Of a stretch of 64,000 bases of DNA, positions 33,583-41,993 are shown piece by piece. Position numbers and translations under genes: made by a program. Positions within the stretch are counted from its first letter, which is position 1; each line of letters begins with the position of its first letter. The stretch is from Clostridia bacterium DTU025. Lineage in GTDB: Bacteria > Bacillota > DTU025. Location of the stretch: NCBI GenBank assembly GCA_001513145.1, contig LFSP01000037.1:3163-67162 (forward strand). The letters run 5' to 3'. The notes beneath the pieces are model-generated. The model was not told where the DNA came from, made no database searches, and saw only the letters and a program-made list of their open reading frames with translations.

Positions 33583-35061
33583 ATGGAGAGATTCGATATC
33601 TTCAAGCATATCGCTGAGCGCACCGGGGGCGATGTGTACATAGGCGTGGTCGGTCCGGTGCGTACCGGCAAGTCCACCTTCATCTCGCGGTTCATGGACA
33701 TGGTGGTGCTGCCCAACATCGCAGATGCGAACGAGCGCGAACGCACCAGGGATGAGCTGCCGCAGAGCGGAGCAGGCAGAACCATCATGACCACCGAGCC
33801 GAAGTTCGTCCCGGGGGAGGCCGTGGAGATCGCCATGGCCAACAACATCAGGGCGTCGGTCAGGCTCGTGGACTGTGTGGGATACGCGGTGCCAGGGGCC
33901 CTTGGGTACGAGGAGTCAGACCTGCCCAGGATGGTGCGCACCCCGTGGTTCGAAGAGGAGATATCCTTCCAGCAGGCTGCCGAGGTGGGCACGGAGAAGG
34001 TCATCAAGGAGCACTCCACCATAGGCCTGGTGGTCACCACCGACGGCAGTATCACGGACATACCCAGGAAAGACTACGTGGAGGCGGAGCGCCGGGTCAT
34101 CTCGGAGCTGAAGGAGCTGGGCAAGCCCTTTATCGTGGTGCTGAACTCCCGGACTCCGCAGTCGGAGACCGCCACCGCGCTGGCGCAGGAGCTCACCGAC
34201 GCCTACGACGTGCCGGTGATCGCAGTGGACGTACTGAGGATGCAGGTGGACGACGTAGGCCGGGTGCTGTCGGGGGTCCTGAAGGAGTTCCCCGTGAGCG
34301 AGATAGTCGTGCGCCTGCCTGAATGGGTGATAGAGCTGCCGAAGGATCACCCTGTGAGGGAACAGTTCGTTGCGTCGGTGAAGAGCGCCGTGGCTGCTAT
34401 GAACAAGGTAAGGGACGTGCAGGACGTGCTGGCCGCTCTGGCGGCGTCGCCGAACGCCGAGAGCGCAGTCTTGCGGCTGTTGGATCTTGGCACCGGCAAG
34501 GTATCTCTGGAGGTGACGGCGCCCAGGTCGCTGTTTTACGCGGTGGTGTCGCAGCTGTCTTCGATGGAAGTGAAGGGCGACGCAGACGTCATGAAGATGG
34601 TGGCGGAGTTCGCAGCCGCCAAGCGGGAATACGAGCGGCTGGCGCCGGCGCTGGCGGCGGTGAAGGCGGTGGGCTACGGAGTGGTGATGCCCTCCCAGGA
34701 CGAGGTCACCTTCGAGGAGCCCCAGATCATCAGGCATGGCAGCAGGTGCGGAGTTCGCCTGAGGGCGACGGCCCCGTCAATCCACATGATCAGGGCCGAC
34801 ATAAAGACGGAGGTCACGCCGCTGGTGGGCACCGAGAAGCAGAGCGAGGAGTTCGCCAGGCGGATTGCGGAGGAGTTCGCGGAGGACCCCTCGAAGATCT
34901 GGCAGACGGAGTTCCTGGGCACGCCCATGCAGCAGCTCATCACCGACGGCATCAAGTCGAAGCTGGCGCGGATGCCGCACCACGCGCAGCAGCGGCTGCA
35001 GGACACCCTGCAGAAGATCGTGAACGAGGGAAGCGGCGGGCTGATCTGCATCATACTGTAA
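33583..35061 (+). CDS. spoIVA: Stage IV sporulation protein A
   Basis: MERFDIFKHIAERTGGDVYIGVVGPVRTGKSTFI (Walker A), highly conserved throughout, C-terminal ...GSGGLICIIL. Confidence 0.95.
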   Translation: MERFDIFKHIAERTGGDVYIGVVGPVRTGKSTFISRFMDMVVLPNIADANERERTRDELPQSGAGRTIMTTEPKFVPGEAVEIAMANNIRASVRLVDCVGYAVPGALGYEESDLPRMVRTPWFEEEISFQQAAEVGTEKVIKEHSTIGLVVTTDGSITDIPRKDYVEAERRVISELKELGKPFIVVLNSRTPQSETATALAQELTDAYDVPVIAVDVLRMQVDDVGRVLSGVLKEFPVSEIVVRLPEWVIELPKDHPVREQFVASVKSAVAAMNKVRDVQDVLAALAASPNAESAVLRLLDLGTGKVSLEVTAPRSLFYAVVSQLSSMEVKGDADVMKMVAEFAAAKREYERLAPALAAVKAVGYGVVMPSQDEVTFEEPQIIRHGSRCGVRLRATAPSIHMIRADIKTEVTPLVGTEKQSEEFARRIAEEFAEDPSKIWQTEFLGTPMQQLITDGIKSKLARMPHHAQQRLQDTLQKIVNEGSGGLICIIL

Positions 35062-35100
35062 GCTAGCGTGAACCCGACGCGATAGAGCCGCCGTCCGCCG

Positions 35101-35131
35101 TGGCTGCTCAAGCCGACCTGTGGGTGGGTCG
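35101..35131. repeat. Dispersed 31-nt repeat, copy B
   Basis: TGGCTGCTCAAGCCGACCTGTGGGTGGGTCG lies between spoIVA and hup; 28 of 31 nt match 19641-19671. Confidence 0.8.
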
Positions 35132-35257
35132 CCGCGATGGCTCTTTGCCGCTCACTCCCGCAGAAAGAAGGCCGGCTGAGCCCTTCGGGCCCTTCGCGTG
35201 CAGTAATAATCCGCCCCTGGAGTGGAAAGCATACTGCACGGAAGGGGGCGACGAGGG

Positions 35258-35530
35258 ATGATCAAGTCCGACCTGGTGGACCAGGTGGCCCAGAGAACAG
35301 GTTTGACGAAGAAGGATTCTGCCCGAGCCGTGGACGCCCTGTTCGAAGCCATCCGCGAGGAGCTGCAGAACGGCGGGAAGGTGCAGCTTGTGGGCTTCGG
35401 TACCTTCGAGGTGAAGCAGCGAGAGGCCAGGATAGGCAGGAACCCCAAGACCATGGAGGAGATAAGGATACCCGCCAGGCGCGTCCCTGTGTTCAGGCCC
35501 GGAAAGGAGCTCAGGGACTCCGTGACCTGA
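35258..35530 (+). CDS. hup: HU family DNA-binding protein
   Basis: MIKSDLVDQVAQRTGLTKKDSARAVDALFEAI...VQLVGFGTFEVKQREARIGRNPKT.EEI.IPARRVPVFRPGKELR. Confidence 0.95.
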   Translation: MIKSDLVDQVAQRTGLTKKDSARAVDALFEAIREELQNGGKVQLVGFGTFEVKQREARIGRNPKTMEEIRIPARRVPVFRPGKELRDSVT

Positions 35531-35570
35531 TGGAACCTGGCCTGACAGGACCTTGCGTGTAGAGGCGCAT

Positions 35571-35600
35571 GAAGCGTAGCGCGCAATGCGGCTACGCTTC
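35571..35600. terminator. Hairpin between the convergent genes hup and oppF-like
   Basis: GAAGCGTAGC (35571-35580) pairs with GCTACGCTTC (35591-35600), a 10-bp stem. No clear U-tract. Confidence 0.45.
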
Positions 35601-35608
35601 TCATGCTG

Positions 35609-36736
35609 CTACTGGCCGGGGAAATGGCACCGTACCAGGTGGATGCCGATGGAGGCGCCGGTTGAGGCGGCGGCGGGAGCGACGCCTGTGGCTGGTTTCA
35701 GCTCCGGCTCTTGCTCGAGGCATACCCGCTGCCTCCTGGGACACCTTGGATAGTAACGGCACCCGGCGGGCGTCGCGGCCGCGGTCGGCTCGTCGGAGTC
35801 AGGGTCAGCGCTGCCCAGGGACTGGCCGGGGCCCCCGGGGCCGGCTCCGACGCGTGCCAGCGACCAGCGCCTGCTGGACTGGGGCGAGATGGAGAGTTTC
35901 GACCGGCGACGCCGTCCAGGGACGGCAGCCAGCAGGCTGAGGGTGTATGGGTGACCCGGGGAGCCGTACACCTGGTCGGTTGGCGCGAGCTCCACGATCT
36001 GCCCTGCGTACATCACCGCAACCCTGTTGCACATGTGATAGACCACGCCCAGATCGTGGGCGATCAGCAGGTAGGCAAGGCCCAGCTCCGCCTGGAGGTC
36101 CTGAAGCAAGGCGATGATCTGCGCCTGCACCGAGACGTCAAGCGAAGAGAGGGGCTCGTCGGCCACTATGTAGTCAGGATGCATGGCCAGGGCGCGGGCG
36201 ATGCCGACGCGCTGACGCTGGCCTCCGCTGAGCTGGTGCGGATATCTGTCGAGATGCTGCCGGGACAGACCCACCCTCTCTATGAGCTCCACCGCCTCCT
36301 GCCTGCGCCGTTGACGGGGCACTCCGCGGGCTGACAGAGCCACGCCGATGGTGTGGGCCACCGTGTAGCGGGGGTTGAGGGAGCTGTACGGGTTCTGGAA
36401 CACGATCTGCGCCCTCTGCCTCAGAGCCCGGTGTGACAGGCGCCCTCCAGGGCCCCATATGGGCTCGCCGTCGAACAGCACCTGTCCGGCGGTGGGGGGC
36501 AGGAGGCCCACCGTGGTGCGGCCGAAAGTGCTCTTTCCGCAGCCGGATTCGCCCACCAGCCCTACGGTTTCACCTGGGTATACGTCGAGGCTGAGGCCGT
36601 CCACAGCGCGGATCGTCACGCTGGTGGCTCCAGCGAGCCTCTGGGCAAGGAATGACTCGGCTATCTTGAAGTGTACTTTCACATCAACGGCGCTGACCAG
36701 CGGCGCAGTCGGATTCGTATCGTTCATTCGAGTCAC
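35609..36736 (-). CDS. Oligopeptide/dipeptide ABC transporter ATP-binding protein (OppF/DppF type) with an insertion in the C-terminal domain
   Basis: Walker A GESGCGKST, signature LSGGQRQRV, Walker B IVADEP, C-terminal PGHPYT...CRYYPRCP. Carries an unusual low-complexity insert of roughly 50 aa. Confidence 0.9.
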   Translation of the reverse strand: MTRMNDTNPTAPLVSAVDVKVHFKIAESFLAQRLAGATSVTIRAVDGLSLDVYPGETVGLVGESGCGKSTFGRTTVGLLPPTAGQVLFDGEPIWGPGGRLSHRALRQRAQIVFQNPYSSLNPRYTVAHTIGVALSARGVPRQRRRQEAVELIERVGLSRQHLDRYPHQLSGGQRQRVGIARALAMHPDYIVADEPLSSLDVSVQAQIIALLQDLQAELGLAYLLIAHDLGVVYHMCNRVAVMYAGQIVELAPTDQVYGSPGHPYTLSLLAAVPGRRRRSKLSISPQSSRRWSLARVGAGPGGPGQSLGSADPDSDEPTAAATPAGCRYYPRCPRRQRVCLEQEPELKPATGVAPAAASTGASIGIHLVRCHFPGQ

Positions 36737-36828
36737 CTCTCCATGGCATTATAACATGTCACGGATATGCCATGTTCGGGCGTGGTGCCCTGTAGGTGGC
36801 CGTTATGGAAGCTAGTGGATTTTAGCTG

Positions 36829-36858
36829 TTGACACTCGCTCCTGCCGAGTGCTAACAT
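36829..36858 (+). promoter_or_regulatory. Candidate sigma-A promoter for the riboswitch-controlled ABC operon
   Basis: TTGACA (36829-36834), 18-nt spacer, TAACAT (36853-36858). Confidence 0.4.
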
Positions 36859-36908
36859 TAGAACAGTCGAATACGCGCGTTTGAAGATGCACTCTTCTGT
36901 TGTGCATC

Positions 36909-37024
36909 CGCTGAATCTCCCCGCCAGGGGGGAACGGGGGACCCACTTTTTCGGGGCGAATCTCTGCGTCAAGCAGGTAGGGCTCTATCCTTCAGCCCGA
37001 GCCCGGCAGCTAACCTCGTAAGCG
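36909..37024 (+). promoter_or_regulatory. ydaO/yuaA-type cyclic-di-AMP riboswitch aptamer
   Basis: CGCTGAATC...ACGGGGGACCCA...GGGGCGAATC...GGTAGGG...CCCGAGCCCGGCAGCTAACCTCGTAAGCG matches the pseudo-twofold ydaO consensus elements I recall (ACGGGGGACCCA; CCCGA.CCCG.CAGCUAACCUCGUAAGCG). A 7-bp hairpin lies at 36886-36908. Confidence 0.8.
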
Positions 37025-37045
37025 AAAGGAAGGGACGCCCATCAC

Positions 37046-37075
37046 GCCCAGGGCCGTCCCTGGGCTTCATTTTGT
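37046..37075 (+). terminator. Intrinsic terminator (expression platform of the riboswitch)
   Basis: GCCCAGGG-CCGT-CCCTGGGC followed by TTCATTTTGT. Upstream GGGACG (37032-37037) can alternatively pair with CGTCCC (37055-37060). Confidence 0.7.
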
Positions 37076-37154
37076 CAAGAAGCCTTCCTTTCCTTTCCTT
37101 TTCACGCCGAGCGTATAGCGTATCTTGAATTCCTATATGATGGAGGGCATTACC

Positions 37155-38708
37155 ATGAGGACTAGGCACTTCTTGGTACTGGCCACGATTGTGGCGTTGG
37201 CGCTTGGCACAACTGCAGGCGTTCCAACGCTGGCGGCTACGAAGCTTTCTGTCATCATCGACACCGAAGCCAACAGGGCCGACGAGGCCCAGGCTATCGC
37301 AGGTTACCTTCAACAGGTAGGCATCCAGGCAGACGTGAGGATCTGGGAGTGGAACGCTCTGAAGGAGAAGCTGCTCGCCGGCGAGCGGCAGCTGTACCTC
37401 ACCGACTGGGGCAGCGCCTACTTCGATCCCTTCGATATAGTGGTGCCCAAGCTCCGCACCGGGGACAGGGGCAACTACTCCTTCTATTCCAACCCGGAGT
37501 TCGACGCCGCGCTCGACAGGGCGCTGGCAGCCAGGACAGATGAGGAGCGCGCCAGAGCCTACCGGGAGGCCCAGGCCATCGTGATGCAGGACCTGCCGTG
37601 GGCCTTTGGGTACACTCTGCTGACGATTGAGGCGGCCAGGTCTGAAGTGCAGAACTGGCAGCCGGCCATGGACGGCAGACTGAACATGCACGATGTGTCA
37701 CTGTCCAGGGGCGATACCATCATCATAGGTATGGGCACTGACAGGATCGTCACGCTTGACCCCGCCGCCTATAGGGATCGCCACACGGAGACCATTATCC
37801 GCAACATCTTCGACGGCCTGGTGACCAGGACTTGGGACGGCAATGTGGTTCCGGAGATTGCCGAATCGTGGGAGCGGGTGTCAGATACCGAGTGGGTGTT
37901 CAGGCTGAGGAAGGGCATAAAGTTCCACGACGGGTCGACGCTCACCGCCGACGATGTGGTGTTCAGCATCAACAGAGTGGTGCTGGAGGGCGGCATGGGC
38001 GATGGCATGACGTCGCCTCGCAAAGGCCTGCTTGGCACCGTGCAGCGGGCCGAGAAGATTGACGACAGCACCGTTAGGGTTGTGCTCTCGGAGCCGTTCC
38101 CTGTGCTGCTTCAGGCGATGGTGCACGTGCAGATCGTCCCCATGGCGTACGTGCAGAGCGTCGGAGACGACGGCTTCGCCAGGCAGCCAGTGGGGTGCGG
38201 CCCGTTCCGCTTCGTCGAAGGGCGCCTGGACGACAGGGTCGTGATGGAGCGGTTCGATGACTACTGGGGTGGCGCCCCCGACATACCGCCCGTGGGGCCC
38301 GCCAAGGTCAGGCGCGTGATATTCCGCATGATGCCTGATCCCACCGTGAGGGTGGCTGCGCTGATGTCTGGCGAAGTCCACATCATCCAGAGCGTACCAC
38401 CACACATGGTTGCGGCTTTGGAGGCCGATTCGCGGATTCAGGTGAAGACCGTCGAGGGGACCACTGCCTACAACCTGGAGATGAACGTCGCCAAGCCGCC
38501 GTTCGATGACATACGGGTGAGGCAGGCCATCAACTACGCCATAGACTGGGACGCCATAATCGCCACCATATACGAGAACAACGCAAGCCGTCTCGCCTCG
38601 CCATTCCTGCCCAGCGGGTTCGGATATGATCCGACGGTGAGGCCATGGCCGTATGATCCGGCGAAGGCCAGAGCCCTGCTGGAGGAGGCGGGCTTCTCCA
38701 CCAGATGA
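37155..38708 (+). CDS. ABC transporter substrate-binding protein, family 5 (peptide/nickel), apparently circularly permuted; no lipobox
   Basis: Signal peptide MRTRHFLVLATIVALALGTTAGVPTLAA without Cys. Family-5 C-terminal-type sequence comes first (IAGYLQQVGIQADVRIWEWNALKEKLL...YSNPEFDAALDRA...AYREAQAIVMQDLPW). The N-terminal-type sequence follows (IIIGMGTDRIVTLDPA...IFDGLV...VPEIAESWE...WVFRLRKGIKFHDGSTLTADDVVFS). Ends at YDPAKARALLEEAGF. Confidence 0.85.
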   Translation: MRTRHFLVLATIVALALGTTAGVPTLAATKLSVIIDTEANRADEAQAIAGYLQQVGIQADVRIWEWNALKEKLLAGERQLYLTDWGSAYFDPFDIVVPKLRTGDRGNYSFYSNPEFDAALDRALAARTDEERARAYREAQAIVMQDLPWAFGYTLLTIEAARSEVQNWQPAMDGRLNMHDVSLSRGDTIIIGMGTDRIVTLDPAAYRDRHTETIIRNIFDGLVTRTWDGNVVPEIAESWERVSDTEWVFRLRKGIKFHDGSTLTADDVVFSINRVVLEGGMGDGMTSPRKGLLGTVQRAEKIDDSTVRVVLSEPFPVLLQAMVHVQIVPMAYVQSVGDDGFARQPVGCGPFRFVEGRLDDRVVMERFDDYWGGAPDIPPVGPAKVRRVIFRMMPDPTVRVAALMSGEVHIIQSVPPHMVAALEADSRIQVKTVEGTTAYNLEMNVAKPPFDDIRVRQAINYAIDWDAIIATIYENNASRLASPFLPSGFGYDPTVRPWPYDPAKARALLEEAGFSTR

Positions 38709-39730
38709 TACGCCTTACGAAGCTGCAGGTCAGGGTGGTGGAGCGGATCATCGCCACCATCCCCCTGGCCCTGGCAGTGGCGGTCGCGGCGTTCGTCTTC
38801 ATGAGGATGCTGCCTGGTGACCCGGTGGACATCATGATGGGCGAGGCAGCCGGCGTAGCTCAGGGCGAGATCGAGGCGCTCCGTCGCCAGCTGGGCCTGG
38901 ACCAGCCCATCCTGGTGCAGCTGAGCAACTACCTTAAGGGGGTCTTCCGCGGGGATCTTGGCTACTCCATCATCAGGGGCAGACCGGTGGCGGAGGTGAT
39001 AGGCGAGGCGATCCCCGCCACGGTGGAACTGGCGGTGTGCGCCATGGTCATCTCCGTGCTCGTAGGGGTGCCGCTGGGCACGGCCTCAGCGCTGAAGCAG
39101 AACACCGCCCTTGACAGGGCCACCAGCGCCGCGTCGTTCCTGGGCATCTCCATGCCTCCGTTCTGGCTAGGCATAGTTGCCATACTGGTGCTGGCGATGA
39201 ACCTGGGGTGGCTTCCCACATCGGGGAGGGCGCCATACGGATACGAGCCTAGACATATAACTGGCCTGTTCATCCTGGATTCGATACTCACCTGGGATCC
39301 GGAAGCGCTGGCGGCTTCCCTGAGGCACCTGGTGCTTCCTTCGCTGACACTGGCCACCGGGGTTACCGCGGTGGTGGTCAGGATCACCAGGTCAAGCATG
39401 CTTGATGTGATGCGCGCCGATTACATCACGTTCGCCAGGGCAAAAGGAGTGCCCGAAAGGGCGGTAACGGTGAAGCACGCTCTGAGAAACGCCATGATAC
39501 CCACTGCGACCCTGGTGGGCCTCGAGTTCGGATCGCTATTGGGCGGAAACATGATCGTGGAGACGATATTCAGCTGGCCGGGGCTGGGCAGGGTGGTGGT
39601 GGACGCCATCTTCGCCCAAGACTACCCTGTGGTTCAGGCAGCGGTGATGGTATACGCCCTGACGTACGTGGGCATGAACCTCATCACCGATATCGTGTAT
39701 ACGGTGCTGAACCCTAGGATGAGCATCTAG
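38705..39730 (+). CDS. ABC transporter permease (DppB/OppB type)
   Basis: N-terminal RMLPGDPV motif, six hydrophobic segments, EAA-like ITFARAKGVPERAV. Confidence 0.9.
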   Translation: MIRLTKLQVRVVERIIATIPLALAVAVAAFVFMRMLPGDPVDIMMGEAAGVAQGEIEALRRQLGLDQPILVQLSNYLKGVFRGDLGYSIIRGRPVAEVIGEAIPATVELAVCAMVISVLVGVPLGTASALKQNTALDRATSAASFLGISMPPFWLGIVAILVLAMNLGWLPTSGRAPYGYEPRHITGLFILDSILTWDPEALAASLRHLVLPSLTLATGVTAVVVRITRSSMLDVMRADYITFARAKGVPERAVTVKHALRNAMIPTATLVGLEFGSLLGGNMIVETIFSWPGLGRVVVDAIFAQDYPVVQAAVMVYALTYVGMNLITDIVYTVLNPRMSI

Positions 39731-39773
39731 AGGCAAACGGAGCATCGCTATCAACAACGAAAGGGGGACCCGC

Positions 39774-40703
39774 ATGAGCCATGCAACAGTTCAAACTGAA
39801 GAGCTGACCTACTGTCCGCATGTGGCAGACTCCCATCCGTCCTATGAACCGGTGGTCTTGTTGCCCAGCGCCTGGCAGCGGCTGTGGGCCCATAGCGGGG
39901 CCCGAGTCGGACTGGTGTTGCTGGCTCTGTATATGGTGTGCGCGGCCTTGGCGCCGGTGTTGTCGCCACACGATCCCACAGCGGTGAACCTCATGTCGAG
40001 GCTGGCCGCGCCTTCCCTTTCCGGCCCGTACATCCTCGGCGCAGACCAGCTAGGCAGGGACATCCTCTCCAGGGTACTCTATGGCGCTGGGGTGTCCATC
40101 CTGGTTGGGCTGGCCACGATTGCCGTGTCGGCAGGAGTGGGGATCACCCTCGGTATGATCGCGGGCTACGTCGGGGGCAAGTTCGACGCCCTGGTATCCA
40201 GGTTCACTGAGCTGCTCCTGGCTTTCCCTTACATGATCTTCGTCATAGGTGCGATGGCCGTCATGGGCCCGGGCTTCTGGAACCTGATCTGGGCTCTGAG
40301 CTTCAAGGGCTGGGTCGAGTTCTTCAGGTTAGCCAGGGCGCTGACCATGGCCGAGAAGTCAAAGGAGTACGTTGAAGCAGCGCGGGCCCTGGGCCGTCCC
40401 ACGCCGGTGATCATCGCGGCTGAGATCCTTCCCAACATCCTCAGCTCGCTGATGGTGCTGGCCACCATGAGGATGGGCAAGATGATCGTGATGGAGTCCT
40501 CCCTGAGCTTCCTGGGCCTGGGCATACCGCCGAGCATACCCGCATGGGGCTCAATGATCAATGACGGAAGGCGCTTCCTACTGACCTCATGGTGGGTGGC
40601 CACCATCCCCGGCATCGCCTTGGCAGGGCTGGTGCTGGCCATGAACCTGGTGGGGGAGGGTATGCGCGACGTGCTCGATCCGAAGCTGGTGAGCGGGTCA
40701 TGA
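39774..40703 (+). CDS. ABC transporter permease (DppC/OppC type)
   Basis: ILGADQLGRDILSRVLYGA, and YVEAARALG in the EAA loop. Confidence 0.9.
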   Translation: MSHATVQTEELTYCPHVADSHPSYEPVVLLPSAWQRLWAHSGARVGLVLLALYMVCAALAPVLSPHDPTAVNLMSRLAAPSLSGPYILGADQLGRDILSRVLYGAGVSILVGLATIAVSAGVGITLGMIAGYVGGKFDALVSRFTELLLAFPYMIFVIGAMAVMGPGFWNLIWALSFKGWVEFFRLARALTMAEKSKEYVEAARALGRPTPVIIAAEILPNILSSLMVLATMRMGKMIVMESSLSFLGLGIPPSIPAWGSMINDGRRFLLTSWWVATIPGIALAGLVLAMNLVGEGMRDVLDPKLVSGS

Positions 40704-41746
40704 CGATGAGGCAGGCAGACGCCACTCCCATCCTGGATGTGAGGAACCTCACCACCCACTATCCTTCGCCTGTGGGCCCCGTGAAGGCGGTGAACGATGT
40801 CAGCCTATCCCTGCGCGAGGGAGAGATCCTTGGTATAGTGGGGGAGTCCGGATGCGGAAAGAGCGCGCTGCTGCTCTCCGTGATGAGGCTGGTGCCCTTC
40901 CCGGGCAGGATAGTCGGCGGATCGGCGTTCCTGGAAGGGCAGGACCTCATGGCACTGGACGAGGCCGCCATGCGGAACGTCAGGGGCCGGAAGATAGCCA
41001 TGGTGTTCCAGGACCCGATGACCAGTCTCAACCCCGCACACCGCGTAGGGCAGCAGATCGTGGAGGCCATGGCCGTTCACGGAATAGGGGAGAGCGGTGC
41101 ATCGGGCGGGGAAGGCGCCGGTAACAACGGGGCATCGGCCTCGCGATGGCGACGCCAGAGGGCCATCGAGCTCATGGCGCAGGTGGGTATACCGCACCCC
41201 GAGACCCGCTTCAACCAATACCCGCACGAGTTCAGCGGCGGCCAGCAGCAGAGGATCATGATCGCCGTGGCGTTGGCCTGCGGCCCCAGGGTGCTCCTGG
41301 CTGATGAGCCCACCACCAGTCTGGATGTGACCATCCAGGCGCAGGTGCTTGAGCTCATGAGGAAGATCAACGAGGAGACAGGGACGGCCATCATGATGGT
41401 GACCCATGACCTGCCCCTTGCCGGTGACTTCTGCCACAACATCGCCGTGATGTACGCCGGAAGGATCGTGGAGTACGGGTCGGCGGATGCCGTGATGGAA
41501 TCACCTGCGCACCCGTATACCAGGGCTTTGCTAGCATCGATGCCCGAATTCGGGCGTCGAGAGAGGCTGGTTCCTGTGCCCGGGGAGGTGCCTGATCTCA
41601 GCCGTCTTCCGTCGGGCTGCGCGTTCTGGCCCAGGTGTGCCCTGCGAGTGGACGTGTGCATGGAAACCCGACCGGAGCTCGGTGAGGTGGAGCCCGGCCA
41701 TCTGGCGGCGTGCCATCTGGTGGCGTCGTGCACGGCCTGCGCGTGA
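40700..41746 (+). CDS. Oligopeptide/dipeptide ABC transporter ATP-binding protein (OppD/DppD type)
   Basis: Walker A GESGCGKS, signature FSGGQQQRI, Walker B LLADEPTT, C-terminal PAHPYT...CAFWPRC. ATG 40700 overlaps the permease stop. Confidence 0.9.
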   Translation: MTMRQADATPILDVRNLTTHYPSPVGPVKAVNDVSLSLREGEILGIVGESGCGKSALLLSVMRLVPFPGRIVGGSAFLEGQDLMALDEAAMRNVRGRKIAMVFQDPMTSLNPAHRVGQQIVEAMAVHGIGESGASGGEGAGNNGASASRWRRQRAIELMAQVGIPHPETRFNQYPHEFSGGQQQRIMIAVALACGPRVLLADEPTTSLDVTIQAQVLELMRKINEETGTAIMMVTHDLPLAGDFCHNIAVMYAGRIVEYGSADAVMESPAHPYTRALLASMPEFGRRERLVPVPGEVPDLSRLPSGCAFWPRCALRVDVCMETRPELGEVEPGHLAACHLVASCTACA

Positions 41747-41790
41747 TCCGGAGCCTCGTAAGGGCTGCTGGAAATCGCCGAAAAGCAGGC

Positions 41791-41819
41791 TTGCTTCTCC
41801 GGCGCAAGCGTGCTAGAAT
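41791..41819 (+). promoter_or_regulatory. Candidate promoter of tRNA-Pro(GGG)
   Basis: TTGCTT, 17-nt spacer, TAGAAT, 16 nt upstream of the tRNA 5' end. Confidence 0.5.
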
Positions 41820-41835
41820 AAGCAATGTCAGCAGT

Positions 41836-41913
41836 CGGGGCGTGGCGCAGGTTGGCTAGCGCGCTTGCTTGGGGTGCAAGAGGTCGGGAGTTCAAGTCTC
41901 CCCGCTCCGACCA
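41836..41913 (+). tRNA. tRNA-Pro (anticodon GGG), CCA encoded
   Basis: Hand-folded. Acceptor CGGGGCG/CGCTCCG, D arm GCGC..GCGC, anticodon stem CTTGC/GCAAG with loop TTGGGGT, T arm GGGAG-TTCAAGT-CTCCC, then A-CCA. Confidence 0.9.
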
Positions 41914-41993
41914 CTTTTTTGTGGTAGACGCCTCCGAAACTCAGTTTCGGGGGCTTTCGCATATGTTAGTGCAGTTGACGTGGGGGATACGGC

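Noticed and set aside
36860-37075. Alternative identities for the ABC-operon leader (T-box, cobalamin or NiCo riboswitch)
   Set aside because: No T-box sequence or specifier architecture, and no B12 box (GCCACTG-like). The conserved blocks instead match the ydaO c-di-AMP class.
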